Assembly (NCBI GenBank): GCA_964639285.1
Contig: CAZXCI010000003.1
Location: forward strand, 31,187-95,186
Source: an uncultured Candidatus Saccharibacteria bacterium
GTDB lineage: Bacteria > Patescibacteriota > Minisyncoccia > Phycocordibacterales > XYD1-FULL-46-19
DNA length: 64,000 nucleotides
Reading direction: 5' to 3'
Part shown: positions 26,582 through 37,058 of the stretch, piece by piece
How positions within the stretch are numbered: the stretch's first letter is position 1
Layout: each line of letters opens with the position of its first letter
The notes under the pieces: model-generated
Seen by the model: only the letters and a program-made list of their open reading frames with translations
Told to the model about the DNA's origin: nothing
Database searches by the model: none
Made by a program: the position numbers and the translations under genes

Positions 26582-28414
26582 CTAATTAGGTGTCGCCCCG
26601 GCTTGTCTAGATGTTTCGAAGTCAGCTTTAGCTTTCTTAATCGCTAAAATTTGTGACGGATCAGAAGTAATAATTTGCTCTTCAGTGTAAGAGGCGATAA
26701 CTTTGATTTCTACTCGCTTGAGACCAGCAATGAAGATGCCGTGACCGATGGGGGCCTCAAGTAAGAAGTATTTCTCTTCCTCGGTGAGGTTAAAAGTTTT
26801 TTGGACAAGATCAATAGACGCAGAAGATTGTTTGAGGAGTATTTGGATAGAACCGTTGGTGATAATTGGCCCACCATACTCAGACTTTAGGAAGTCATCA
26901 ACATCCTGGGTAATTGTGGCAACCCCGAGATAATATTTGCGACCTCTTTTTACCAAAGAATACAGGAAGGAGGCGGCATCTTTGGACTTCATCATAACCC
27001 AAGCCTCATCAACAACGAAGAGGCGTTTCTTAAGATTACGACGAATAGCATTCCAGATGTGGTGAGTAATGATATACATGGCAACAGCCTTTAATTCCTC
27101 CTCCATGTCTCGAATGGAGAAGACGACGAATTTCTTGTTGATGTCAACGTTCGTTGGCTTGTTAAGGAAGCCAGCCCAAGTTCCTTGGGTGTATTTAAGG
27201 AGGCGTTGGGCCAAAGACTCCCCTCCTTCCATCCCCGCTAGGACTAATTCTAGGTCAGAGAGAAGTGGGGCTGGTTTATTAGTGAAATCGGAGTCAGGGG
27301 TAATATCTTTAAGGGCATAAGTTTCAGAAATAGCGTTGTCGAGGATAGAATCTTCCTCTGGGGTAAGTCCGCCGAGCATAATGCGGAAGAGCCCTACGAG
27401 GTTGATGATGTTTGAGCGAAGAACGTCTGATGGCGCCTCATCTTCACGAGGAAAAGGTAGGTCAAAGGGATTAAGGTGGTGTTCGGAAGTTAGTGAGATA
27501 TTGAAGTAACGGCCGCCAACCGCTTCAGCCAAGAACTCGTATTCCCTCTCTGGGTCGATGACGAGAACATCGGTGTCAAACATGAGGCTACGGAGAATCT
27601 CCAGCTTGGTCGTAAAAGATTTTCCTGAACCAGATTTAGCAAAGATAACTGAGTTGTAGTTCTCTAGGGAAAAACGGTCGAAGATAATAAGGGAGGAGTT
27701 ATGAAGGTTTTGTCCATAGAGGATACCTTTATTAGATGTTAAGTCAAAAGAAACAAAGGGAAAGATGCTTGAGAGGGGGGAAGAATTTAACTTAGAGTTA
27801 ACCCCTAAGTAGTCAGTGGCAAAGGGCACTACACTCTTGAAGCCTTCATCTTGCTGGAAGAGAGCCGTCTTGAGATAAATGAGGCGGGAGTCAAGAATTG
27901 ACTTAACCTCATTTTCTACATGTTCAAGCTCATCTTCGTTGTCGGCGTAGATGGTAAGGTAGAGACCGACGTTAAATATCTTCTCAGTAGCTTGCTGTAA
28001 TTGGTCACGAAGGTTCTCGATATCAGCCTGGGCGGTATCGAGTTGGGGGTCACGAACCATTCCCTTCTGCTCTCGGACCATTATCTGACTCTCTACCTCG
28101 GCAATTTTTTTCTGCAGGGCGCGAAGGGCAGTAGTGGTATCTAATGGATGAATGAAAATAGAGATATCGAAGACTTTATCTAAATTTACAATCGGAGAAA
28201 ACCATTCCTCAGGCAAGAAGCGGGGGTAGGAAATGACGAAGAGGGTTCGAGCGACCTTCTCGCCGAGATTGAGGTTCTTGGGGGTAATACGAAGAGCAGA
28301 AGGGGCAATAATATCCCGCAGTTCAAGCTCCCCCATCTGGTAGATATCTTGAGGGAAAATAGGAATAAGGTTTTCCTGTTTCTTGTTTGATTTGCCTAAA
28401 AAGGGTATCTTCAT
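26582..28414 (-). CDS. virB4: VirB4-family ATPase
   Basis: AKSGSGKS Walker A, VIDPEREY, NPFD, VVDEAW, RKY, TQDV.DF. Confidence 0.88.
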   Translation of the reverse strand: MKIPFLGKSNKKQENLIPIFPQDIYQMGELELRDIIAPSALRITPKNLNLGEKVARTLFVISYPRFLPEEWFSPIVNLDKVFDISIFIHPLDTTTALRALQKKIAEVESQIMVREQKGMVRDPQLDTAQADIENLRDQLQQATEKIFNVGLYLTIYADNEDELEHVENEVKSILDSRLIYLKTALFQQDEGFKSVVPFATDYLGVNSKLNSSPLSSIFPFVSFDLTSNKGILYGQNLHNSSLIIFDRFSLENYNSVIFAKSGSGKSFTTKLEILRSLMFDTDVLVIDPEREYEFLAEAVGGRYFNISLTSEHHLNPFDLPFPREDEAPSDVLRSNIINLVGLFRIMLGGLTPEEDSILDNAISETYALKDITPDSDFTNKPAPLLSDLELVLAGMEGGESLAQRLLKYTQGTWAGFLNKPTNVDINKKFVVFSIRDMEEELKAVAMYIITHHIWNAIRRNLKKRLFVVDEAWVMMKSKDAASFLYSLVKRGRKYYLGVATITQDVDDFLKSEYGGPIITNGSIQILLKQSSASIDLVQKTFNLTEEEKYFLLEAPIGHGIFIAGLKRVEIKVIASYTEEQIITSDPSQILAIKKAKADFETSRQAGATPN

Positions 28415-28417
28415 ATC

Positions 28418-29086
28418 TTATTTTTTTGGTGATTCGTCGATGGTCGGAGTCCCAGATTCTCCGGGGTTAAAAATCTTAAAGTAAATCTCGATTAACTCTT
28501 CAGTCTCTAAGATCTCATTTCTTAGGCCAACACGAGAAAGTCCGCTTCGGATAACATTGACACGTTGGTTGAGCTGGGCAACATTCTCTTCAAAATTGCT
28601 GTTGGCGATTTCTTGACTCGATGATTTATCGTTACGACCCAAAAGACCCGACAAGAATCCCCCTTTTCGGGTGTTTAGTATTGGCGGAGTATAAGGAATG
28701 ACAACAAAGAAATTCTTAGTCATGACGTTATGGGTATCGGTAAAAAATTTGATGAACTCAATGTACTCCTTAATCTGGACCTTCAGAAGCTCGTTTGTTT
28801 GGGCGAGCTTCCTCTCCTCTAAGATATTCAGATATGGTCTGATATCAAGACGTCTCGATTGAATAAAAATCTGGATAGAGAAGTCGATAGAGTTTAGAAA
28901 ATTCTGAAATTCGGCAATAATGGCCAGGCGCTCATCACTTGACTTGAGTCCGAAGTTAACTGAAGAGACCATAACCAAAGAGCGGAGAGAACCATCCTTG
29001 AGAACCGCCACCCCGCTCCTGATCTCTCTGATCGGGACGAAGTCTTGGGTCGTATTAGAAACCTTTATAATATCTTTAAAGTCCAT
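28418..29086 (-). CDS. VirB4-associated (TraC N-terminal-like) protein
   Basis: TQDFV.I.EI, SVNFGLKS..E, FLNS..F.IQI, KNFFVVIPY; lies between prgI and virB4. Confidence 0.7.
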   Translation of the reverse strand: MDFKDIIKVSNTTQDFVPIREIRSGVAVLKDGSLRSLVMVSSVNFGLKSSDERLAIIAEFQNFLNSIDFSIQIFIQSRRLDIRPYLNILEERKLAQTNELLKVQIKEYIEFIKFFTDTHNVMTKNFFVVIPYTPPILNTRKGGFLSGLLGRNDKSSSQEIANSNFEENVAQLNQRVNVIRSGLSRVGLRNEILETEELIEIYFKIFNPGESGTPTIDESPKK

Positions 29087-29204
29087 CCCGTTAGAAACAG
29101 ATCGCGATCAAAAAATCGCTCTCTCTTCTTAATTTATTTTTTAATAATATCGGATTCATGTTTTGTTTCAATAAGTTATTTGAGCGATCGCGGTTTCTAA
29201 CGGG
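29087..29204. mobile_element. MITE-like element (CCCGTTAGA family)
   Basis: 12-bp TIR CCCGTTAGAAAC/GTTTCTAACGGG; direct repeat GTCCAT at 29081-29086 and 29205-29210. Confidence 0.85.
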
Positions 29205-29637
29205 GTCCATTATCTTCTTCTTTTAAATTAGTATTGTCTTTAACATCGAGACTCCAGGAGAGTTCCTTCAATTTACTCTCAGAGAGTCGAGGGAGATTGA
29301 GGTTGGCTGTGGTCTCTCCGGCCGTTTTTGTTGTAGATTTTTGAGTAATGACCTGGCGTTCAGACTTCTTCCATAAATAGAGTTTCTTGGTGGTACTATA
29401 CTTGAAGAAGGATTCAGCTAGAAAAATGAAATCTCGACCGTTGTATTTGTAGAAAGTTAGAGCGGCGGCTAAGCTAAGACAGCCAAAGATGAAAAAAATT
29501 GATATATAGATAGGTAGATAAACGTAGAATATAAAGCTAAGACCAACCCCGCCCGCCATGTAGAGGAATTGTTTGAAGGTAAATGGCCCAAAAACCTTAT
29601 CTTCGACTTCAATAAATTGTGGAACTTGGAATTGCAT
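29197..29637 (-). CDS. PrgI/VirB3-like membrane protein
   Basis: MQFQVPQFIEVEDKVFGPFTFKQF and two TM segments. Confidence 0.85.
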   Translation of the reverse strand: MQFQVPQFIEVEDKVFGPFTFKQFLYMAGGVGLSFIFYVYLPIYISIFFIFGCLSLAAALTFYKYNGRDFIFLAESFFKYSTTKKLYLWKKSERQVITQKSTTKTAGETTANLNLPRLSESKLKELSWSLDVKDNTNLKEEDNGPR

Positions 29638-30164
29638 TAAACAATGGGCTCACGATATGGATCCCTTGTCTTATTATCTCCTGTTTGAGGCGTAACGGCA
29701 ACTTCTTGTTTGGGGACATTGGCGATTGTTTTCATCTTATTGTCGAAAACTTGGGTTGCCGAAGGGCCAGGGGAAGCGGGAGTTGTCGCAGAACCCTCAA
29801 TTTTCTCTGGAGGAATTTGTTTTTGCTCCGTTTCTTTGACGGGTTCGGCTCGTTCCCGAGAAAGTTCCTCTAGTTCTCGACGAATCTTGGAGAAAATTTG
29901 TTGGTTGAGATCGTAGATTATCAAGTTGACAATATCTTGAGCTAGACCAGTTTTATCTTTTATTTTTTGGCTAAAGTCCGTTACTTTAGTTAGTCCAACC
30001 ATGGCTAGGGTGATTTCTTCAGCGATTCTTCCCAGTTGATCAACGTGTAAATTGTATTTTTTTCGTAATTCATCAGTGATAGCTCCCATATCGAGGTTGG
30101 CGATAACACTCTTTAGTTTTTCGGGCAGAGTGTCAAATTTTTTTCCGATTTCTTGTTTATTCAT
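29637..30164 (-). CDS. Hypothetical protein in the T4SS-like operon
   Basis: LH.DQ motif, C-terminal DPYREP; translationally coupled to prgI. Confidence 0.75.
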   Translation of the reverse strand: MNKQEIGKKFDTLPEKLKSVIANLDMGAITDELRKKYNLHVDQLGRIAEEITLAMVGLTKVTDFSQKIKDKTGLAQDIVNLIIYDLNQQIFSKIRRELEELSRERAEPVKETEQKQIPPEKIEGSATTPASPGPSATQVFDNKMKTIANVPKQEVAVTPQTGDNKTRDPYREPIV

Positions 30165-30193
30165 TTTTCTATTTATCTTTTAGCCTTTTATAA

Positions 30194-32713
30194 TTAGAAA
30201 GCTGCTCCTCCTTGACGAGGATCGTTTAGGTATTGATAAGCGTTCTCGATGGTTCGGTCTGTCGGGTGAGGACCTGCACCACGATGGTGTTCGATCGCAG
30301 TTCTGATCGCTTGCCTCTCTGTATGTGGAACACCCATAGTTAAGGCACTTCGCAACTGTTCATTTGTTAGATAGGGGTATATGTCAGCATAAGCACCATT
30401 AAAGAGGTCGGTATTGGTGGCAAATTCGACAAATTCTGGCCCTGCAAGATTTCTTAGGGCATTTATTCTATTTATCTCATTAGGATTAGCAGCTGCCCAT
30501 GCTGGATTAAAGGAAGACATTGGGTGGGCAAGGGGCGTTCTCCCTGGGGTTCCAATATTTAATTCGGCCGTTGCCTGTTCTGTTCTGTTGACTCGACCCC
30601 TTTCTCTTGCCACTTCGCCCCTCGCTGTGGCTGTCGTCCTGGCATTTCTTTCAAAGGCCCCTCTTGCTGTTGCAACGTTAGCTCCTAGTGCCGATGGTAT
30701 TGGTGGTGCGCCGGCTACTCCTGGTGTGGGAGGAGCCATCCTGTTGACAAAAGCTTCAAGGTCCGCCTTTTCTCTGGCATTTAATCCTTCATAGAGATTA
30801 TTGAGCTGAGGTCCATCTAGGGAATTGAGATGGGCTAGTCTTTCGGCATCATTCCCTGGGTCGATTCCTCTCCAAGAGGCGGCGGATGTTTCTCTTGCTG
30901 CTCGTCCGCTTCCACTGGCTAGGAGTCTATTGGCCTCATTTCCTCGCCCTTGAGTTCTTAATTGCTGGACGACAGTGGCCTTGTCCTCTGGTGATAAGCT
31001 ACGGAAATAGGCATCTCTATCATCAGTTGACCTCAAACGTGACATATAAGAGGCTCTTTGGGCCCCAGCTTGTGGACCAGTGAAACCTGCGGCCCTCTGT
31101 TGTTGAGCTCTCTGTCTTTCTTCCACTCTTGTTCTGTAACCACGAGTGCCTGTGCCAAAGCCAGAGTTACCAATAGAACCAAGCGCTCGTCGGGCCCCCA
31201 TTGCTACTCGTCCAGTGATTGGTCTTGCCGACGAGGCCCAGGCCTGCATTCTCTGGCTCGTTGCTAGCCGGTTAGCAAGGTTACCGACGGTGTAACCTCC
31301 GGCTATACCGAGGGCTCCAAAACCGAGTCTCCTGCCCCAACTTCGGGCAGCCCCGGCTCCAGCGGCACCAAGGCTGTTTGCAATTAAGATACAGCCAAAG
31401 AGAAGGCCAACAATCATGAAATTCATAAAGACAAGGATCATTGGCCCCATAGACCCTAAACTGTTGGCGTCCTTGCCCAGTAGTCCTCCGATTCCATCCT
31501 TTAAGAAAATGAAAACTACATAAAGTGGAACGATTATTCCAGGGGCAACGAAGGCTTGATGAAGAAGTTTCTTAAGCCAGGTGTCAAAGTGATGTCTACC
31601 ATTTGGTATGACGTATAAGACAAAAGCAATGGGTGAAATAACATAGAGAAAAATAAGATAAACAGTTCTAATGAGAAACATAATTGACATAGCTATTAGG
31701 ACAAAACAAGAAACCAGAATAATAATAATGTTCCCGAAAGTTTGAATAATTATACCAGCGATACTTAAGCTCCCGATCACTGGGGCGAGAATAATGACTT
31801 CATTTCCATCAGCATCAGTCGCCTTAACCGGGATTGAAGGACCACCAAGAAACTGTTGGCTTAAATTTAGCTTACTAACTAATTGTCCGCCGATGCCAAG
31901 TTTGTTTCCCCCTGTCGCGATACCACCACCCATCTTGACGTAGAATTCATAAGCAACAACATTGGAGGCATCGATAATGATTCTAGTGAAGAAACCGCTG
32001 AAGTTGACAAGGAGAGCAATAATTATAACATTGACGATTAATTTCTTGGGATCACCTATTCCTTGGAGTTCAAAAATTGTCCCGATGGCGATATAGAGTA
32101 AGATGAAAACAAAACAGAGATTCCCGATGTCACGCAATACTGTCCAAGCGTTATCGATGCCGGAGTTTATTAACCAATCCTTTACGCTTAGGATAGAGAC
32201 TTTTATCGAGATATCTAGAATAGTTCCTGCGGCGACTAAGAGACTACCAAAGACCCAAGTTAAAGCATCGCCGATGGCGGCGAGGACTCCCCGGACACAC
32301 CCTCCGATATTTAAGGGGCTACAAGAATCATCTTGGTTTGCTTCAAGGTATTGTCTAGCTGATTCTTCGTCAACAAATTTTCCTCTAAATTCTCCAAATC
32401 CTCCTCCTGATATGAGAGCAGCTTCTCGCATGGCAGCTAAACCCTCTTTTTGGCTTTTCCCTACAGACAGATCGGGGAACCAGGTAAAACCGTAATTATG
32501 AAGGGTTGAAGAGACTCCTGATACAGGGTTCAGTATCATCGCCCCATAATGTAGCCCCATGTCCCAGAAATTACCAACCACTGATGTTATCGGTGCACTA
32601 TAACCTCCACCGATAGGAACGTTCTGGCTTAGGCTTATCAGGGGGAAGACTATTGCTAAGAGCAATACCCCTGAGATAAGAATATTTATTTTTAATTTCT
32701 TTCTTAAGCTCAT
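30194..32713 (-). CDS. VirB6/TrbL-like polytopic membrane protein with long C-terminal extension
   Basis: WTVLRDIGN, ALLVNFS.FF..IIID.SN, RTV.L..L...SP.AF...P, W. Confidence 0.75.
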   Translation of the reverse strand: MSLRKKLKINILISGVLLLAIVFPLISLSQNVPIGGGYSAPITSVVGNFWDMGLHYGAMILNPVSGVSSTLHNYGFTWFPDLSVGKSQKEGLAAMREAALISGGGFGEFRGKFVDEESARQYLEANQDDSCSPLNIGGCVRGVLAAIGDALTWVFGSLLVAAGTILDISIKVSILSVKDWLINSGIDNAWTVLRDIGNLCFVFILLYIAIGTIFELQGIGDPKKLIVNVIIIALLVNFSGFFTRIIIDASNVVAYEFYVKMGGGIATGGNKLGIGGQLVSKLNLSQQFLGGPSIPVKATDADGNEVIILAPVIGSLSIAGIIIQTFGNIIIILVSCFVLIAMSIMFLIRTVYLIFLYVISPIAFVLYVIPNGRHHFDTWLKKLLHQAFVAPGIIVPLYVVFIFLKDGIGGLLGKDANSLGSMGPMILVFMNFMIVGLLFGCILIANSLGAAGAGAARSWGRRLGFGALGIAGGYTVGNLANRLATSQRMQAWASSARPITGRVAMGARRALGSIGNSGFGTGTRGYRTRVEERQRAQQQRAAGFTGPQAGAQRASYMSRLRSTDDRDAYFRSLSPEDKATVVQQLRTQGRGNEANRLLASGSGRAARETSAASWRGIDPGNDAERLAHLNSLDGPQLNNLYEGLNAREKADLEAFVNRMAPPTPGVAGAPPIPSALGANVATARGAFERNARTTATARGEVARERGRVNRTEQATAELNIGTPGRTPLAHPMSSFNPAWAAANPNEINRINALRNLAGPEFVEFATNTDLFNGAYADIYPYLTNEQLRSALTMGVPHTERQAIRTAIEHHRGAGPHPTDRTIENAYQYLNDPRQGGAAF

Positions 32714-35700
32714 ATACTCATTGTCTTCTGGGTTGTCCCTTTGTCATTGGTGCAATCTAATTTATATTCTCTGGCGGTGGTGGAAGCGGTGACAAGGAGG
32801 TTTGCTCGCTTGGTGAGACTATCCCCTTTTTTCTTAATGATCTCTTCGCCGTTGGCCCAATCATTTCCGGCTTTGCAGTCGGTGGCATTGGGTGAAGCCC
32901 AGTAGAGAAGATATTGGCCGTCTCCCTTATCTTTATCAGCAAAGTAGACGAGAGGCTTAATATTCTTATAAGCGTTGGCTAGGAATTCTATGAGTAATTC
33001 TAGTAGATTGAGACTGTCAGATGACGGAGAGTCTGATTCCCCGATTACTAAGTCGAGTAAACCGGTGAAATTTGACCATTCGGTGCCTCCTTCACCCCCA
33101 TCAGTGCCATCACCATCATCGCCTTCACCAGTTCCTCCCTCGGTTCCCCATTCGCTCGTATCGGGAGTATAAGTGCTAGCTTGTTCAATTTGGTCAGGAA
33201 TCCCGTCAGGGCCGACCATGCCCGGGCCAGGGGCCCCACCCCCGTCAGTCGTGGGGGTGAAGTTGTAGAGCTCACTCACGTTCGGCTCATTGCCCACGTT
33301 GATATCACCCATATCTTTGGCTGTCTCATATTGCGTTAGCCTGGTTCCCATTCCTTGAGCAGCTGTTTCTTTGACGATACTAGCAGGAGTTTGGGTTTCC
33401 CACATAATACATGTTTTGATTGAAGAATCTTCTGGGTCAGTAATCCATTTATTGCATTTTCGGACCGGAAGGAATCCTTGGCCAGCGATCATCTCATCTC
33501 GGACATTTGCTTCGGCTAAGGCCTGACTTCTTTTTAGTTGATCATTGGCGATTAGATAGCTACCATAACGGTTGTTTTGCGGTTGGAACATTTTGAGTAG
33601 GGCTGTCCAATATTCTGCGTCTGTGTAATCCTCAGAATCTGAGGCTTCTTCTTCCGCATAACTAGTTTTTATCCCAAAGAGGGAAGACAGTTTGTCTATC
33701 GGATTAGCCAAATAGCCTAAGAAAGGGATGTTTCTCAGTGTGGCAAGAATCGAAGTATTTTTTTCTTGAGCAACTATTTCTTCCGACTGATCACTGGCCT
33801 TGAACCCATTTTCTTCGGCGGAGCTGATTATTTTTATCTCTTTCTCTGTAAGCGTTGGCTGGAAAGGACGGCCAACTGAATCTATCTGCAAGGCATCGGC
33901 GATCTCATCTTTGTACATGTTCTTTGAGTTTCTAATGCGATCAAGGACAATTCTTTTTGCTTCATCTCTTGCCTGAGCGATTAAGACTCCTTCGTTGACG
34001 ACATAGAGAGGAGCACTATTCCCGTTGGAGTCTTGATATCCCTTTTTAATAAGCCCTTCTTCTCCCAACAGCGCCCCCTTATACTGTTCAATCACTGTTG
34101 AGGCGGCTCGTCTTACGGCGGCATCCTCAACCATTTTTTCTTCAAATCTCTGTTGGATACGTTTAACGGCGCGGATATGGGTACAAATTTGAACATTTAA
34201 CTCTCTTATCTCTCTTGTTCTTCTCTCGATACTATTGGTTAGACTCATTAGTTGGCCGTTTTGCTCGACAACCGGGACATAGAGACCACCGGTGACAGTG
34301 TCTGTCACGGTATCGACGACCGTGTCGACAACTCCCCCCTCGTCGAGGATCCCTTCTAGTCCGGGAATGCTGTTTATAATATCGCTAACACCTGGTAATT
34401 CGTCTAAGGCACCAGAGAAGTCATCGATAAGACCATCGACAGATAGTCCGTTGACCATATCACCCAATAAATCTTCTGGTAGGTCAGAGAGGACACTGTC
34501 AACAATTTCGGGGAGGCCGTTGTTTAGAATATTGCCCAAAGCCCCTTCGCCCAAGAGGGAGAAGACGGTCTCACTCACGTCTCCGTCTAAGAAACTCAGG
34601 ACTTGATTGAGCTGGCCACCACCCAACTGGCTGAAGATGTCATTGAGAGAACTCATGTTGAGATTGCCAAGGATAGAGTTAAGGTTACCTTCACTCAAGT
34701 TACCGAAGATGCCGTTGATGGCCCCATCTCCGAGTCGTCCGATAATTCTATCAAGACTCCCTGATGAGATGTTGTCTATGACGTCGTCAAAATCTTCTAG
34801 ATTATAAGTATTGTTGATGAAGTTATTTAGAGAAGTATCGTTCAGGTCATTGAGCAAACTTGTCAGTTGAGAGGAAGAGAATTGAGTGAGGATGGTCTCG
34901 TTTGACTCGTAAGATAGCCGTCCAATAATACCACCAAGATTACTAGAGGGGAGTTCATCAATAACTTCACTTAGATTACTAATGTTTAAGTTTTCGAGAA
35001 CATGATTGAGGCTATCATAAGGGAGTTTGGTGATAATATCTCGAATATTTATTGTGCTCTCTGTTGGAGAGGAGAGTATCCGATTGAATGAGTCATTAAT
35101 TTGCGATTCGTCGAGAGCCAAAAGTATTTCTGATAAATCGGTGGGGGTGGCCTTATCTAAGTCAACCGGTGTTGTCCCAAGGAGAACAGTCCTTACGGGG
35201 TCGGTCTTCTCAGCATGCACAAGGTTATGAAGAGATAAGTTGTCAGAAAGGAAGTTATCAATATAAGTAATTAGTTTGTCCAAAGGCGAATCAATGAGGG
35301 CTGTTTTTCCCCCGCCGACAGTTCCGCTGAGTTTTGCGTGCCAATGATCACCATATTTTGCACCTTTTTCTCGAGTGAAGACGTCTCCGTTATCGAGATA
35401 ATGTGTTTTAAACTTGGTTTTTTTAGATATTGTGGTGCTTACTGTGTGTTTTTCAATATACTCATTGAGTTTTGCGTTGTCGGGACTATAGTCTACGACG
35501 TTAGCACCGGGTTTATGTTCAACATGCCCAGCCTCTGTTCCAGAAGTTATCACTAGGCCACCTCCTATTTCCCTATTTATCTCGGCGGATCGGTCGATTG
35601 AATGTTGGGGTAATCCGCCGACACTGGTACAGCCACCTTTGACCGTGCGGAAGTCTCTTCCTGCACAATCAGCTTTGTTCACGGTTATTCCTTCCGCCGC

Positions 35701-36276
35701 AAGTTTGTCTCTTGTTTCTTGTTCGCCTCCCGCTGGCTCTCCGTAACCGTTCGCTCCTTCTCCGCCTTGCTCGTCTGAGTCAGGATTCTGAACGGGGTCG
35801 CTATCGCTGGGTTGGCCTTGGTCTCCTGCCCCATCCCCTTCCCCAGTTGTGCCATCTCCTGTTCCGCTCCCCGTCCCGGTCGTGCCAGAACTTCCACCGC
35901 TATAACCGCCAGCCTCAGCTTCACAACGGATCTCGTCTTCTTTTTGGAGTTTGGCCAACTCTTCGGCTTCTTTGTCTGTAGTTTTCTTATCTTTCCCTAC
36001 TCTTTCTTCTAGGGAGTCTTCTCCGCTATTGCCACTGGCGCCATTACTGCCACTATCTCCACCGTCGCCTCCACTGTTGATGATGATGTCGGCGACGTCA
36101 TTTATATCAATGTCGCCAACGCTATCACTTCCTCCACCACTGGGGAAACCCGTATCAGGGACAGGAAGGTTAGATATCTGAGCCCCAGTATTTTGGGCGA
36201 TTAAGAAAATAACTAAGGCTGAGAAAATGACCAGAGTTAGTTTCTTGAATATATTTTGTGAGGTTCTCGTGGTCAT
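32710..36276 (-). CDS. Large secreted multidomain protein with a putative M15/LAS-type zinc peptidase domain
   Basis: Signal peptide, G/D/S linkers, TSGTEAGH..H....VD...HWH, Leu-rich ~12-residue repeats. Confidence 0.75.
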   Translation of the reverse strand: MTTRTSQNIFKKLTLVIFSALVIFLIAQNTGAQISNLPVPDTGFPSGGGSDSVGDIDINDVADIIINSGGDGGDSGSNGASGNSGEDSLEERVGKDKKTTDKEAEELAKLQKEDEIRCEAEAGGYSGGSSGTTGTGSGTGDGTTGEGDGAGDQGQPSDSDPVQNPDSDEQGGEGANGYGEPAGGEQETRDKLAAEGITVNKADCAGRDFRTVKGGCTSVGGLPQHSIDRSAEINREIGGGLVITSGTEAGHVEHKPGANVVDYSPDNAKLNEYIEKHTVSTTISKKTKFKTHYLDNGDVFTREKGAKYGDHWHAKLSGTVGGGKTALIDSPLDKLITYIDNFLSDNLSLHNLVHAEKTDPVRTVLLGTTPVDLDKATPTDLSEILLALDESQINDSFNRILSSPTESTINIRDIITKLPYDSLNHVLENLNISNLSEVIDELPSSNLGGIIGRLSYESNETILTQFSSSQLTSLLNDLNDTSLNNFINNTYNLEDFDDVIDNISSGSLDRIIGRLGDGAINGIFGNLSEGNLNSILGNLNMSSLNDIFSQLGGGQLNQVLSFLDGDVSETVFSLLGEGALGNILNNGLPEIVDSVLSDLPEDLLGDMVNGLSVDGLIDDFSGALDELPGVSDIINSIPGLEGILDEGGVVDTVVDTVTDTVTGGLYVPVVEQNGQLMSLTNSIERRTREIRELNVQICTHIRAVKRIQQRFEEKMVEDAAVRRAASTVIEQYKGALLGEEGLIKKGYQDSNGNSAPLYVVNEGVLIAQARDEAKRIVLDRIRNSKNMYKDEIADALQIDSVGRPFQPTLTEKEIKIISSAEENGFKASDQSEEIVAQEKNTSILATLRNIPFLGYLANPIDKLSSLFGIKTSYAEEEASDSEDYTDAEYWTALLKMFQPQNNRYGSYLIANDQLKRSQALAEANVRDEMIAGQGFLPVRKCNKWITDPEDSSIKTCIMWETQTPASIVKETAAQGMGTRLTQYETAKDMGDINVGNEPNVSELYNFTPTTDGGGAPGPGMVGPDGIPDQIEQASTYTPDTSEWGTEGGTGEGDDGDGTDGGEGGTEWSNFTGLLDLVIGESDSPSSDSLNLLELLIEFLANAYKNIKPLVYFADKDKGDGQYLLYWASPNATDCKAGNDWANGEEIIKKKGDSLTKRANLLVTASTTAREYKLDCTNDKGTTQKTMSI

Positions 36277-36280
36277 GTTA

Positions 36281-36973
36281 TTAATTACTGACAAAAATCT
36301 GGATTTTTTCGTTATCAGCAAAAGTTACCTTATTTAAAACAAAGAATTGGTTTAGCGTTTCGATAGATTTGATGAAGTCTGAATAATCATGGTTGAAGGT
36401 CTGGCTATTTTCCAGAGCGAGAGTCGGCTGAGACAAGGCTTGTTCCATATTCTTAAGACGACTGACAAGCAGATTTATTTGACTGACGATTTTGAAATGG
36501 CGGCTGGCCAATTCCTTGGGAACGGGAATTTTTGTCAGACTTAGAGCTACCTGCTCGTGGAGAATCCTAGAGAAGGTTACTGATTTGATGAACGAACCGT
36601 CATTTTTATCAATGGCCGACAGCACGGCCCTGGCCTCACTCTCTCTCCTCCCGCTTAGGGGTTTGAAGGTCTCGGCCAGACGAAGTCCGTAGGTTCGGAA
36701 GTCTTGCGGACTGCTTACTCCAGTAGTCGAACTAGCGATGATCGGTTTCTCGGCCAATTGACTGATCGAGACATTTGTTTTATTGGAGGAGAGTTCCTGT
36801 CGAGAGAGGTCCTCGAGGTTCTTATGTTTTTCTAAAATGTCGCTTAGATAAGCTTGTCGTTTTTTTTCTTCTCTGGATTTTTTTTGATGGCCGACAAACC
36901 ATAAAGAGACAATGGTAAGTACCACTAAAACAATCACTAGCCGTATCACATTTTTGCTTGGTAAATGGGCCAA
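36281..36973 (-). CDS. Single-TM helical hypothetical protein
   Basis: N-terminal TM, IPVP..LA..H motif; first gene of the minus-strand cluster. Confidence 0.7.
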   Translation of the reverse strand: MAHLPSKNVIRLVIVLVVLTIVSLWFVGHQKKSREEKKRQAYLSDILEKHKNLEDLSRQELSSNKTNVSISQLAEKPIIASSTTGVSSPQDFRTYGLRLAETFKPLSGRRESEARAVLSAIDKNDGSFIKSVTFSRILHEQVALSLTKIPVPKELASRHFKIVSQINLLVSRLKNMEQALSQPTLALENSQTFNHDYSDFIKSIETLNQFFVLNKVTFADNEKIQIFVSN

Positions 36974-37058
36974 CTGTACTCAATATTATATAACGGTCAG
37001 CTACTTTATGCACTGAAAAAAGGTGGATAAATAAACAATTTTAATCTATTATTTAGGG

